A stretch of 64,000 bases of DNA from assembly GCA_963826785.1 (NCBI GenBank), contig CAWGYD010000005.1, positions 224,001 to 288,000 of the forward strand, read 5' to 3'. Of this stretch, positions 25,053 to 36,253 are shown piece by piece; within the stretch, counting starts at the first letter, position 1; each line of letters opens with the position of its first letter. The notes beneath the pieces are model-generated. The model was given only the letters and a program-made list of their open reading frames with translations, had not been told where the DNA came from and ran no database searches. Origin of the DNA: an uncultured delta proteobacterium (lineage in GTDB: Bacteria > Desulfobacterota > Desulfobacteria > Desulfobacterales > Desulfosalsimonadaceae). A program made the translations under genes and the position numbers.

Positions 25053-25315
25053 GGAGGATAAGAGAAATAAAACCCAGATGAATGAATCGGCTAATCCAAA
25101 AATCATGGATCTCAAACAAACTCATAGATGAAATGGCTAACTCATGATTTAATAGGCTATTGATTGGACAATTAATATGATATATAACTGATATAATTTA
25201 ACAAAATGATCAAGAGCGAGGAGCTGTCACGCCGAATGGAAGGGGTGACGGGCGCCGCCAGAAAATTTTTGCCGACGGTGTTAATAAGGACAATAAATGA
25301 CCATGCGGAGAAACA

Positions 25316-26396
25316 ATGAATGATTTTGTCGCAGGTGACCGTGTTATCCATCCCGAGGCTGGCGTGGGAACAGTCCACAAGGCTGGGCGCCAATATTACA
25401 CCATTGTTTTTGATGACGGCCGGGAGGCTATGATGCGCCGGGATCATCCTTATTTAAAACCTGCTGATTCGGATCCGACCAGAAAGCTAAGTCAGAGGAC
25501 GCTGAGTCCCTGGTTTGGCCGGAATCGACCTTCCGCATGGAAAGCGATGATGAGGAGCGACATTCCATGGGCTCGCACTGGAGCCCGTTTTTCGATGATG
25601 CGAGTGTAATTATGAAACGCCTGCCGGGCATTCTCGGTAAAGCTGTACCGCTGATGCCTGGTGCAAGCCCATGGTGGCCAAAACATTGTGACGCGTTACC
25701 CCCGGATTGGCCACGGGGCGCCCATTTGGTCTGGCCCGATCCAATGGGTGGCCTCGGTCTTACCCTGATTATCACTCCGGAAAACAATCATCTTTTAAGC
25801 TTATATCCTTTCTTTCCCAAGGGTGTTCAGCATCAACTGATGATTCACGAAATCTCCGTCTGGCCCTCAGGTGTGGAGGCGCAAATTACAGTCGATGCCG
25901 ACGGTTGTCCATTGAGCTTTTTCGACACCCGTTATTTGAACCATCGGGAATATTACAAGGCGGGACACCGTTATGAGTTTATCTCAGAGCCATCGCGTAC
26001 AACGCCGGCATTGCAAGAGAAAAGAGTATTCGCGTGAAACACCATCCCGAAGTAGCGCTTTGGTTGGCCGAGAGTACATTAGATAATCAGGTTGTTCCTG
26101 CTGTTGAGGAATTATGCTTGGAAGGAGCAGTCTGTTTTTCAGCTATTCCTGAATGGGACATCGATGATTACAGCTTTCGGGTTTCGGTGCGGGAAGTCAT
26201 GTCTGTTGAGGATATCCTGGGGCAGGCCGGATGGATTGTACAGGCGCCGATATTTCGCCTCGAAAACGAAAAGAATTTTGATTTGAATATTCTTATCACG
26301 CAACGCGCATGGCAATCGGAAAAACCTCCGGAAATTGGGATGGATATCGAAGGAACCTTATGGCTGCAGGGTTTTCTCTGGCATCCGGTGATTTGA
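25316..26396 (+). CDS. hypothetical protein with N-terminal Tudor/KOW-like motif (three frameshifted pieces)
   Basis: FVAGDRVIHPEAGVGTV; ORFs 25316-25609, 25537-26037 and 26034-26396 overlap serially. Confidence 0.5.
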
Positions 26397-26399
26397 GAA

Positions 26400-27025
26400 A
26401 TGGACATGAACTCAAAGGAAGCTATTTTTCCATCTCATTACGAAAAACTGGCGGTTGGTCTGGCTGGGCTCAGTCAGTACATTTGTCAGGAACTGCTCAA
26501 TCGACCGGCCCCGCAAAGACCCGCATGGGATTTTCCTGGGGAAATCATGCCACTTTCGGATCGTATGCAGCAGGCGTTTCAATTATTGGTGAAAAAGCTG
26601 AACATCTTTTCCGACCAGGTCCTGCCTCCCTCGAAATCGCTATCGGGAAATGAGGTGCAGGCGGCAGTTGTGGCGCTGTCCATGCCGGTGGAACAGATTT
26701 TGGAAATTTATCGCGAGCTGTGGCGGCTCTCATTTCCGGAAGCATGGAACCCGGACGGTACCTGATATCGGCAATGATGGAACGTCCCTTGCGTGACTTG
26801 CTTAATTTATTTGACAGATTCGAGTCGGTGATCAGTCATCCCGAGGTCGCGCCGGCAGAAGCGCGGCAGGGGCTCATCCGGCTTCATCTGGAATTGACGA
26901 TTGAAGTGGAAGTGAAGGCTTTTTCTCAATGGTGCGATGGCCTGCAGGAAACGAGGAAAAGATGTTCCGAAAACAGCCTGTGGTTGCTGGTGCTTGGATT
27001 TCTGTTAGGCCTTTGGTGGAGTTGA
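26400..27025 (+). CDS. hypothetical helical protein with C-terminal TM anchor (frameshift near 26735)
   Basis: Overlapping ORFs; ends LWLLVLGFLLGLWWS. Confidence 0.5.
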
Positions 27026-27069
27026 CTGATTATCAGGATCGAAAAACAATCTCCTCTAACTAAAAATAT

Positions 27070-27651
27070 GATGATCAGATCGAGATTTATAATCCGGGAA
27101 GGCTGCCTGAGGGCCTACGCGTGGAGCTGCTGCTTGCGGGGGATTACATTTCAAGTATCCGTAACCGGAAAATCGCGGATATGTTCAAGGAAGCGGGTTT
27201 GATCGAGAAATACGGGACGGGCATCCAGCGTATTCTGCGGGGGTTTGCCGATTATGGGTTGCCTGAACCGAAGTTCGAGGAGATCGGAGATGGATTCAGG
27301 GTAACGGTCTATAAACTGGAGGTGAAGGAAGTCACCCCCCAAGTCACCGAGCAAGTCACCGAGCAAGTCACCGAGCAAGTTACCGAGCAAGTTACCGAGC
27401 AAGTTACCGGCAGCCTGTTGAGACTCATCTCGTTTTGCACTGAACCCAGGAGCCGGCAGGAGCTGATGTCACATCTGGGCATCAGGCACCGGGAACATTT
27501 TCGTTCTAATATATTAGGAAAGGCGCTTCAATCAGGCTTGATCGACCCCACCATTCCGGAGAAGCCCCGCAGCCGTTTCCAAAAATACCGTCTCACTGAA
27601 AAAGGCAGGAAGATGCTCGCTGCAAGGACTCGAAAAGGGAAAGAACAATAG
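27070..27651 (+). pseudogene. 5'-truncated AlbA/RecG-C-type ATP-binding protein with C-terminal winged HTH
   Basis: IEIYNPGRLP, RNRKIADMF, EKYGTGI and TIPEKPRSRFQKYRLT; N-terminal domains absent. Confidence 0.7.
27331..27408 (+). repeat. 12-bp tandem repeat GT(C/T)ACCGAGCAA, about 6.5 copies (VTEQ)
   Basis: Read directly from the sequence. Confidence 0.95.
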
Positions 27652-27663
27652 GGAATTTCTGCT

Positions 27664-29364
27664 ATGACCCAGGAACCGATATCTGTCGAAAACCATGTCC
27701 CTCAGGAATTCATCCCCGCCCGCATGCTCAACGAATACGTGTACTGCCCGCGGCTGGCGTACATGATGTGGGTGCAGGGGGAGTTTGCCCACAGTGCCGA
27801 TACGGTTGAAGGGGCCATCCGTCATAAGCGGGTGGACAGGCAATCGGGCAAGCTGCCGGATCAAGAGGATGCCGGCGATGAAAAAATTCATGCCCGATCC
27901 GTTCACCTGACATCGGAGCGGCTGGGGATCACGGCTGTTATTGATTTGGTCGAAGGCGGGAAGGACGGAGTACAACCGGTCGATTATAAAAAAGGAAAGC
28001 GGCCGCACACTGCTGCCGGAGCTTATGATCCGGAACGGGTGCAGGTCTGTGTGCAGGGTCTTTTACTCAGGGAACATGGCTTCAAGACCGATTCCGGACA
28101 ATTGTATTTTGCCGGATCAAAAGAGCGGGTGGTGGTTAAGTTCGATGATGACCTGGTTGCCATGACCTTACAAGCTGCCGATGGCCTTCGGACCCTTGGC
28201 AGCATGGATCTGCCGCCGGAACCGCTTGAAGACAGTCCAAAATGCCCCCGGTGTTCACTTCTGGGAATTTGCCTTCCCGACGAAGTCCGTTTTCTCAATC
28301 ATCTGGATGACAAAATCCGGCCGGTCATGCCGGCTTCCGAACCGGGCCTGCCCCTCTATGTTCAGTCTCCCCGTGCGTATCTCCGCAAGGACGGGGATGT
28401 GATCGTCATAGAAGAAAATCGTGAGAAAGTGGCTGAGGCTCGCATCGGCGAAATCAGCCAGTTGGTGCTGTACGGAAGTTCGGTGGTGACCACTCCGGTT
28501 ATCCATGAATGCTTTCGCCGGAATATACCGGTGACCTACATGAGTTACGGCGGCTGGTTTCTCGGGCATACAATCGGAACCGGACATAAGAACGTTGAAA
28601 TCAGAACCCATCAGTATCGGGCAAGTTTTGATCCGAAAACGTGCCTCAGAATCGCCCGGGGGCTCGTTGCGGCAAAGATCGCCAATTGTCGAACTCTCTT
28701 GAGGCGGAATTGGAAAGAGAAGGAAAGTATCGAGATCCGTCCGGAAGATGTCTTCCTGCAATTTCGAAATGACATCCGGCAGGCAGCCCGGGCGGAAAGA
28801 ATCGATGAACTGCTGGGTGTCGAGGGTAATTCGGCACGACGGTATTTTCGAAATTTCGAGCAGATGCTCCTTCCGGACAGAGAGGAGATCGGTGGATTCC
28901 GATTCGATAACCGCAATCGGCGGCCGCCCACAGATCCTGTCAATGCCATGTTATCTTTTGCCTATGCCATGCTGACCCGCGAATGGACCATCGCGCTGTC
29001 CGCCGTGGGGTTCGATCCCTACAAGGGGTTTTATCACCAGCCGCGATTCGGCCGGCCGGCACTCGCGTTGGACATGATGGAGCCGTTTCGTCCCCTTCTG
29101 GCCGATTCCGTTGTCTTGACGGCAATCAACAACCGAGAAGTGACCGGAACGGATTTTATCAGGAGCGCTACGGGATGCAACCTGACCCCTGCAGGGCGTA
29201 AGCGTTTCATCGCTACATTTGAAAGACGTATGTCCCAGGAAGTCACGCATCCTGTTTTTGCGTACAGGATCAGCTATCGAAGGCTCCTGGAAGTCCAGTC
29301 CAGGCTGCTCGGCCGGTTTCTTTCCGGTGAAATTCCCCGATATCCCAATTTTATAACCCGGTAA
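27664..29364 (+). CDS. cas1: Cas4-Cas1 fusion
   Basis: Cas4 YVYCPR, VDYKKG and [10 protein letters not shown]; Cas1 [20 protein letters not shown] and LDMMEPFR; intact frame. Confidence 0.95.
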   Translation: MTQEPISVENHVPQEFIPARMLNEYVYCPRLAYMMWVQGEFAHSADTVEGAIRHKRVDRQSGKLPDQEDAGDEKIHARSVHLTSERLGITAVIDLVEGGKDGVQPVDYKKGKRPHTAAGAYDPERVQVCVQGLLLREHGFKTDSGQLYFAGSKERVVVKFDDDLVAMTLQAADGLRTLGSMDLPPEPLEDSPKCPRCSLLGICLPDEVRFLNHLDDKIRPVMPASEPGLPLYVQSPRAYLRKDGDVIVIEENREKVAEARIGEISQLVLYGSSVVTTPVIHECFRRNIPVTYMSYGGWFLGHTIGTGHKNVEIRTHQYRASFDPKTCLRIARGLVAAKIANCRTLLRRNWKEKESIEIRPEDVFLQFRNDIRQAARAERIDELLGVEGNSARRYFRNFEQMLLPDREEIGGFRFDNRNRRPPTDPVNAMLSFAYAMLTREWTIALSAVGFDPYKGFYHQPRFGRPALALDMMEPFRPLLADSVVLTAINNREVTGTDFIRSATGCNLTPAGRKRFIATFERRMSQEVTHPVFAYRISYRRLLEVQSRLLGRFLSGEIPRYPNFITR

Positions 29365-29374
29365 TCAGGAAGAG

Positions 29375-29665
29375 ATGATGGAACATTTTTATCTGGTTGC
29401 CTATGATATCTGTGATAATAAAAGATGGCGGAAAGTTTATAAAACCATGAAAGGCTATGGACAGTGGTTGCAGCTGTCCATTTTCCAGTGTCGATTGAAT
29501 AGAATGAAGATTTTGCTTATGGAAGAACAATTAAGAGATATTGTAAAACATGATGAGGATCATGTAATCATTGTTGATATGGGGCCGGCCCAGAATATCA
29601 AACCGAAGGTACGGAGCATCGGCAGAGCATTCGCGCCCATTGAAAACAGGTCGGTGATCGTGTGA
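29375..29665 (+). CDS. cas2: CRISPR-associated Cas2
   Basis: YLVAYDI and QLSIFQC, 96 aa, follows cas1. Confidence 0.95.
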   Translation: MMEHFYLVAYDICDNKRWRKVYKTMKGYGQWLQLSIFQCRLNRMKILLMEEQLRDIVKHDEDHVIIVDMGPAQNIKPKVRSIGRAFAPIENRSVIV

Positions 29666-29871
29666 TTTTTTTTTGCCGGTTCCACGCGAGCGGTGCTGAT
29701 GCACCTGATCCTCCGGCATCACTCGAAAAACTTAAGTTCTTTGAAAATTTGAAATATCAGGAACATTGATATGATTGGGAGCAAGTCGATTGATATTTGG
29801 ATAACAAAAACAGTGTGCCTCTCGCAAATGCCCTTGCAAAGACTGGCCAGTCGCCAGTTTTCGAGGGGGCA
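29666..29871 (+). promoter_or_regulatory. CRISPR leader
   Basis: Partly AT-rich non-coding segment between cas2 and the first repeat. Confidence 0.75.
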
Positions 29872-32550
29872 GATTTCCGGAGCAGAAATGCTCCGGCCTC
29901 ATTGAAGCGCATCGAAGCGTCCGGTTCGGTCATGTCCATGCGGTAGATTTCCGGAGCAGAAATGCTCCGGCCTCATTGAAGCACCACCTGATCGTACTTT
30001 TCGCGATCGGACTCGACGATTTCCGGAGCAGAAATGCTCCGGCCTCATTGAAGCGCCGGTGCATCGGTGCGTCATCTGCCAGCGGATGCGATTTCCGGAG
30101 CAGAAATGCTCCGGCCTCATTGAAGCTATCCTATGTTTCGGATAGTTTGATGATCCGGCCGGTGATTTCCGGAGCAGAAATGCTCCGGCCTCATTGAAGC
30201 TCCATAGCAAATGTCGATATCGGTCTACTGCGCATGCTGATTTCCGGAGCAGAAATGCTCCGGCCTCATTGAAGCGATCGCTTTCGTCTTTGATGACCGC
30301 ATCCGGCCATGGATTTCCGGAGCAGAAATGCTCCGGCCTCATTGAAGCCGATGCGCATGCGGGATTTCCAGTCGATGCTCGACGATTTCCGGAGCAGAAA
30401 TGCTCCGGCCTCATTGAAGCGTCATGTTCGGCGGTGAGTATTGCTGCCGCATGTCATGATTTCCGGAGCAGAAATGCTCCGGCCTCATTGAAGCTGATCA
30501 TGTCGCAGATCAGCACATGCACCAACGATCGCGATTTCCGGAGCAGAAATGCTCCGGCCTCATTGAAGCCGATGTCAACGGGTATGTCGTCAAGCTGACC
30601 GCTGCCGTAGATTTCCGGAGCAGAAATGCTCCGGCCTCATTGAAGCCCGCTGCACGTTGCAGCGAATGCATGTGGCAGTCATCAGATTTCCGGAGCAGAA
30701 ATGCTCCGGCCTCATTGAAGCATCGTGGCATGGCAACCTGAAATCGCGTCAATCGATTTCCGGAGCAGAAATGCTCCGGCCTCATTGAAGCTGCTGTGTC
30801 GTCGGCATCTGGTCGCATGCTCGAGCCGCGATTTCCGGAGCAGAAATGCTCCGGCCTCATTGAAGCGAGCGTCACCGGATGATCAGTCGCCATGCGTCGA
30901 TCGGATTTCCGGAGCAGAAATGCTCCGGCCTCATTGAAGCACGATATCCCAGCGGATCACAAATCGCTCGATACGATTTCCGGAGCAGAAATGCTCCGGC
31001 CTCATTGAAGCACCTGCCGCCGATGCGGATCGGTCGAGACGTCCTCGATTTCCGGAGCAGAAATGCTCCGGCCTCATTGAAGCTCGATGGCGGTCGATGA
31101 CTTGCGCCGAATCATGGTGATTTCCGGAGCAGAAATGCTCCGGCCTCATTGAAGCATCGCAATGCGTGCCAGTCGTGCATCGCCGACTGCGGATTTCCGG
31201 AGCAGAAATGCTCCGGCCTCATTGAAGCCTGACCAGTCGTCGCACCTGAATCTCGATCGACAGTCCGGATTTCCGGAGCAGAAATGCTCCGGCCTCATTG
31301 AAGCTGGTGTCAATCGATGATCCTTGCATCGGCAATCGACTGATTTCCGGAGCAGAAATGCTCCGGCCTCATTGAAGCGCTACCGTCAGCAGTCATGCGG
31401 TCAGTGCAGCTCGATCAGATTTCCGGAGCAGAAATGCTCCGGCCTCATTGAAGCATGACATACCGTCGGATACGGATTCGAGAATTTCTGATTTCCGGAG
31501 CAGAAATGCTCCGGCCTCATTGAAGCGATCGATACAGCGCAGGTTGTAGCCGAGTACATCTGACCGATTTCCGGAGCAGAAATGCTCCGGCCTCATTGAA
31601 GCGTGATGACCGATGCAATTAGCAGGCGACATCTTGATCGATTTCCGGAGCAGAAATGCTCCGGCCTCATTGAAGCCGAATGAGCGGCCGGGTGATCGGC
31701 CACCATGCTACGATTTCCGGAGCAGAAATGCTCCGGCCTCATTGAAGCCATCGATGCCAGCACGATGAACCGTGCCGCTAAGTCAGATTTCCGGAGCAGA
31801 AATGCTCCGGCCTCATTGAAGCTCGTCATGCCGTACGCTGTCGAGTGACCTTGTAGGCGATTTCCGGAGCAGAAATGCTCCGGCCTCATTGAAGCCTCAG
31901 ACATCGGCTTGCCGATGCACCCCCGAGCTGGGATTTCCGGAGCAGAAATGCTCCGGCCTCATTGAAGCATCAGTCATTTCTGGGCGATCCACGATCGGAC
32001 GATCCGATTTCCGGAGCAGAAATGCTCCGGCCTCATTGAAGCGCTGCGGCATGACAAATTCGTCATGACCAGGATGGCGGATTTCCGGAGCAGAAATGCT
32101 CCGGCCTCATTGAAGCTCCCTCGATCGGCCCTGGCAGCACCAGGGCTGATTTCCGGAGCAGAAATGCTCCGGCCTCATTGAAGCTACACTGATCACCGTA
32201 TTGGCCGCAATTTCGGACACCGATTTCCGGAGCAGAAATGCTCCGGCCTCATTGAAGCATCACTAGTACGGCGAGTGATACGGAGTTAATCAGTCGAGAT
32301 TTCCGGAGCAGAAATGCTCCGGCCTCATTGAAGCTCGCGTTAACCGTCAGCGTCCGAACACGTCTATCGGCGGATTTCCGGAGCAGAAATGCTCCGGCCT
32401 CATTGAAGCCTGCATACGGCCGTGACTAATACTGTTTTTCAGGATTTCCGGAGCAGAAATGCTCCGGCCTCATTGAAGCAGAATCAGGGCGTCTGAAAAC
32501 GGACGGATCCAGAGATTTCCGGAGCAGAAATGCTTCGGCTTCATTGAAGC
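29872..32550 (+). CRISPR. CRISPR array, 37 repeats of 37 bp (GATTTCCGGAGCAGAAATGCTCCGGCCTCATTGAAGC) and 36 spacers of 31-40 bp
   Basis: Repeats counted manually; 8-bp stem CCGGAGCA-GAAA-TGCTCCGG; last repeat has two substitutions, supporting + orientation. Confidence 0.98.
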
Positions 32551-32574
32551 AGCATATGGGTTTTCATCCGGAGG

Positions 32575-34230
32575 CTATTTCGTAAGTCTGCCGCACCCCG
32601 TTACTCTGCCGCTCTCCAGGAACAGGGCGTGGGTAATGGAGCGGGGGATTTCCTCCGCATAGTGGGTGACGTAGATCAGGCGGGTGGCGGTTTGGCCCGT
32701 CAGGCGGTCCAGCATGCCGATGATCATCTCCCGTTTTTGGGCGTCCAGTCCCTGGCAGGGTTCGTCCAGGATCAGCAGGTCGGGTTTTTTTACCATGGCC
32801 CGGGCAATGAGCGCCATCCGCTGCTGGCCGGCGGAAATTTGGTGAAACGGCCGCTTTTCCAAATCGGAAATCTCAAATGAGGCCATTGTTTTGCACGCGG
32901 CCTCTTCCTGGTCCGGGGTGGGGTTTCGGAACAGGCCGATGGAGTCGTAAAAGCCCGAGCAGACCACGCGGACGCAGGGCGTGTCCCCGGGATAAAACAT
33001 CCGCAGCTCCGGTGCCATCCAGCCGATATGCTTCTTGATGTCCCAGATGCTTTCCCCGGATCCGCGCTTCATGCCGAACAGGGTAATGTCATTGGCATAG
33101 GCCTGCGGGTTGTCTGCCGTCACCAGGCTCAACAGGGTGGATTTGCCGGCGCCGTTCGGCCCGAGAATGGCCCAGTGCTCGTTTTTCCGCATGGTCCAGT
33201 TCACCCGATCGAGCACCCGGACGCTGCCGTAGGTGACGGTGACATCCGTAAGACGGACCAGTTCGCCGACGTTTCCCTGCGCAATGGTTTCACCTTCCGC
33301 TGCTGCCGAGCAGCCGGAAAGTGTTTCAAACCGGGGGGGGCTCTCCGGTTGAACGGGCTGGGGAGCAAGCACGTCGTTGATTTTTCCCATGGCAACGACA
33401 TGGCGGTTTTCAAGGCGGACGGCGTGGGTGAACCCCTGGACCAGGTCCTGCGGACGGCTGACGCTCAGCACCAGCTGCGGGGTTGCCGACGACAGCAGGT
33501 TTTCGATCAGGCGGCGCAGGGTTTTCCGGGAAGGGGCATCCAGCCCGCTGAAGGGCTCCTTGAAGATAATCAGGCGGGGATTTCGAAGAAGCGCCCGGGC
33601 GATGCGGATTTTATGCTGCTCCCCGGAAGACAGGTGAATCAGCCGCCGATCCAGCAATTGATCCACGGCCAGGTTTTCCAGCAGATGCGTTTCATTGTCT
33701 GATCCCGGCTCATTTGAGTCAAAAAGAAAATCCCGGACCCGGGGGGAAGATGTTTCCAGCATGCTGTGCCAGCGGGCCTGGTAGAATCCGTCGCCAAAGC
33801 GGCCCCGGCCGTTGTCATCGGCAGATACGCTGATAATCTCGTCATGAGCATAGTGAGACCGTCCGCGGGGGTAGCGGGCCGGATCATCGAAATAATAGCG
33901 CGCCTCCATGCCGGGCCTGCGGGGTTTGCCCGCCAGGGCGGCTGCCAGGGCGGATTTTCCCGAGCCGGTGGGACCGAAGAGGATCCAGTGCTGACCTGTT
34001 TGTATCCGCCAGTCAAGATCTGAAAATTCAGTTGTCTCGGACCCGGTCGCCTTCAGGGTGATCAGGGGCCGGCCGGCATTCTTCTTGCCGCACCGGCAGA
34101 CCGCGCAGCGCGTGTCGCAGCACATCTGGCAGGAAAAGCAGTCCGGGCAGGGATGCTTTTTCTCCCCGTCCGGGTTCTTCTCCGGTACATAGACTTTTCC
34201 GGGCAGCCCGGCAACGGAGACAAAGGGCAT
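32575..34230 (-). CDS. ModF-like dual-domain ABC ATPase with N-terminal Cys-rich segment
   Basis: Two Walker A motifs (GPTGSGKS, GPNGAGKS), RGSGESIWDIKK; N-terminal CPDCFSCQMCCDTRCAVCRC. Confidence 0.8.
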   Translation of the reverse strand: MPFVSVAGLPGKVYVPEKNPDGEKKHPCPDCFSCQMCCDTRCAVCRCGKKNAGRPLITLKATGSETTEFSDLDWRIQTGQHWILFGPTGSGKSALAAALAGKPRRPGMEARYYFDDPARYPRGRSHYAHDEIISVSADDNGRGRFGDGFYQARWHSMLETSSPRVRDFLFDSNEPGSDNETHLLENLAVDQLLDRRLIHLSSGEQHKIRIARALLRNPRLIIFKEPFSGLDAPSRKTLRRLIENLLSSATPQLVLSVSRPQDLVQGFTHAVRLENRHVVAMGKINDVLAPQPVQPESPPRFETLSGCSAAAEGETIAQGNVGELVRLTDVTVTYGSVRVLDRVNWTMRKNEHWAILGPNGAGKSTLLSLVTADNPQAYANDITLFGMKRGSGESIWDIKKHIGWMAPELRMFYPGDTPCVRVVCSGFYDSIGLFRNPTPDQEEAACKTMASFEISDLEKRPFHQISAGQQRMALIARAMVKKPDLLILDEPCQGLDAQKREMIIGMLDRLTGQTATRLIYVTHYAEEIPRSITHALFLESGRVTGCGRLTK

Positions 34231-34231
34231 G

Positions 34232-35062
34232 TCAGCATCCGTTCGATGATGATGAGGAGGACGGTGTGATGCGTTCATCGTGGCAGAAAACCATCAGGTC
34301 GTCGTCCTTGGCGCAGGCAAGCGTCATGTTGACGGACCGGGCGAGTTCGACCGCAAGGGCCGTGGGCCGGGAAATGCCGATGAGCAGCTCCAGCCGCGCC
34401 CGGGCCGCTTTCTGGACCAGTTCATAGCTGACGCGCGAAGACATGACCGCAAAAGCGGCGGTTTCAATCTTTTTTTCCAGAAACACCTTGCCGATCGCCT
34501 TGTCTAAGGCATTGTGCCTGCCCACATCCTCTCCGAAAGAAAGGGGCGCACCTTTTGCGTCGAGGACCATGGCGGCATGGGCGGCCCTGGTCTGCTTGTA
34601 CAGGCGCTGAAAAGAAGAGAGCGAATCGGCAGCGGCCAGCGCCCGCACCGCCGGTATCTTAAACGAATGGGCGGCCGGTGTGAGAATCTGGTGGAGGTCG
34701 CTGATCACCTCCTTGCCGCAGATACCGCAGCTGGTCTGGCTGACAAACCCTTTTCGCAGCAGCAGGTCCGCCACTTTTTTCCGCCGCGCTTCCGTCAGGA
34801 TCAGGGTGACCACATTGACCCCTTCTTCGGTGCAGAACCCCATGTCGGAAATGTCATCGGGATGGTCGATGAGCCCTTCGGCCAGGCAGAACCCGGCGGC
34901 GTGGGGCATTTCATCGCCGGGGGTGCGCATGACCACGGAATAGGGTTGACCATTGACCCGAACGGCCAGCGGCTCCTCGACGATCAGTTCCTGGTCCTGA
35001 TATTTCCCGGTGCCGTTGGTGTAAACGAGCATGCGGTGTGATTTCGAATCATTTGTCATCAA
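34232..35062 (-). CDS. fdhD: formate dehydrogenase accessory sulfurtransferase FdhD
   Basis: MRTPG, SCGICG and EDVGRHNALDK motifs. Confidence 0.93.
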   Translation of the reverse strand: MMTNDSKSHRMLVYTNGTGKYQDQELIVEEPLAVRVNGQPYSVVMRTPGDEMPHAAGFCLAEGLIDHPDDISDMGFCTEEGVNVVTLILTEARRKKVADLLLRKGFVSQTSCGICGKEVISDLHQILTPAAHSFKIPAVRALAAADSLSSFQRLYKQTRAAHAAMVLDAKGAPLSFGEDVGRHNALDKAIGKVFLEKKIETAAFAVMSSRVSYELVQKAARARLELLIGISRPTALAVELARSVNMTLACAKDDDLMVFCHDERITPSSSSSSNGC

Positions 35063-35065
35063 TGT

Positions 35066-35617
35066 TTATATCCCGCAGGTAAAATCATCACATTCCTTGT
35101 CCGCCAGGATTTCCATGGCAAACAGGATGCGTTCTTCCTTGTCTTTCCGGTCCTCCGGAAGGAGGGCGTGCGGATGTTGATCGACCCATTGCAGCAGTTC
35201 GTTGCGAGCCGGAATGTTTTCGATGCCGGCGCCGATGACGGCACCGGATGCAGTATCCATGACGATGGCATCCTTTCCGTTGGTAATGACCGACAGCGGC
35301 GCCACGCGGGCGTCCAGGAGCCGCGCCGCCGACAGAACAGGGCGCTGGCGGGTCACCAGGGAGCCGGGCCGGAACACGACGATCATATCGGTAAACCCGG
35401 TGGCCCGGATGGCGAAATCAACCCGGAATTTACCGGTTTTGCCATCCACTTCAACCGGAATGGCCAGCCGGGGGACGATCTCGTCTTTCATGTATCCGCA
35501 GTTGACCACCAGGTGCCGGGCTATGAACTGGCGCGCACGTTCGTCATGGGTTTCGGGCAGTACCTCGCCGGTGAGATAATCGGTGATTTCGCCCAGGATG
35601 AGATGGTCTCTGCCCAT
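35066..35617 (-). CDS. stand-alone type I restriction HsdR N-terminal-like domain protein
   Basis: ERARQ..HLV..GY, VDF and VITNG pattern. Confidence 0.6.
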   Translation of the reverse strand: MGRDHLILGEITDYLTGEVLPETHDERARQFIARHLVVNCGYMKDEIVPRLAIPVEVDGKTGKFRVDFAIRATGFTDMIVVFRPGSLVTRQRPVLSAARLLDARVAPLSVITNGKDAIVMDTASGAVIGAGIENIPARNELLQWVDQHPHALLPEDRKDKEERILFAMEILADKECDDFTCGI

Positions 35618-35619
35618 GA

Positions 35620-36253
35620 TTACCTTCCGATCAGGAAAATGCCGTAGGTGGCCCGCAGGTTCGGCAGGAACCGGACATAGGCGCCGGTCCGGTCCTGATT
35701 GTCCGTATTGATGGACGCTTCCTTTAGTATACGAAAGCCGACTGCGGATGCAAATTTCTTGAAATCGGAGATGGAAATCACCCGGATGTTGGGGGTGTTG
35801 TACCATTCATAGGGCAGCTGGCGGGGTGATCGGGGCGCGCCCGGTCAACAGCAGCTGCAGGCGGACATGCCAGTGGCCGAAATTGGGGAAACTGACGATG
35901 GCTTTTTTGCCGACGCGCAGCATGGACCGGATCAGCTCCATGGGGGCGTACACCTGCTGCAGGGTCTGGCTCAGGATCACATAGTCAAAGGTCGGTCCGC
36001 GATAATCGTCGATTTCCTCGTTAATATCGCCCTGCATGACGGAAAGCCCCTTTGCGATGCAGCTGGCCACCCGGTATTCCACAATCTCGATGCCGGTTTC
36101 CCTGACCTGTTTGTGCTTTTTCAGGTAGAGCAGCAGATCGCCTTCGCCGCAGCCCAGCTCGAGCACCTGGAAGCGCCCGGGTGGATCCAGGAGGCGATGA
36201 TCTGCAGGTCATAGCGCAGGGTGCTGTATTGGCTGTTATCGGCATCTGTTCAT
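35620..36253 (-). CDS. metW: methionine biosynthesis protein MetW (frameshifted)
   Basis: [23 protein letters not shown] and VSFPNFGHW; follows metX; start approximate. Confidence 0.85.

Noticed and set aside
29899..31904. ORFs with repeating MRPEHFCSGN / DFRSRNAPASLK
   Set aside because: Translations of CRISPR repeats
29872..32550. Self-targeting or duplicated spacers
   Set aside because: None seen by eye; an alignment against the whole genome is needed to exclude them
35066..35617. Type I restriction-modification system
   Set aside because: Only a small HsdR-N-like domain; no hsdM, hsdS or helicase
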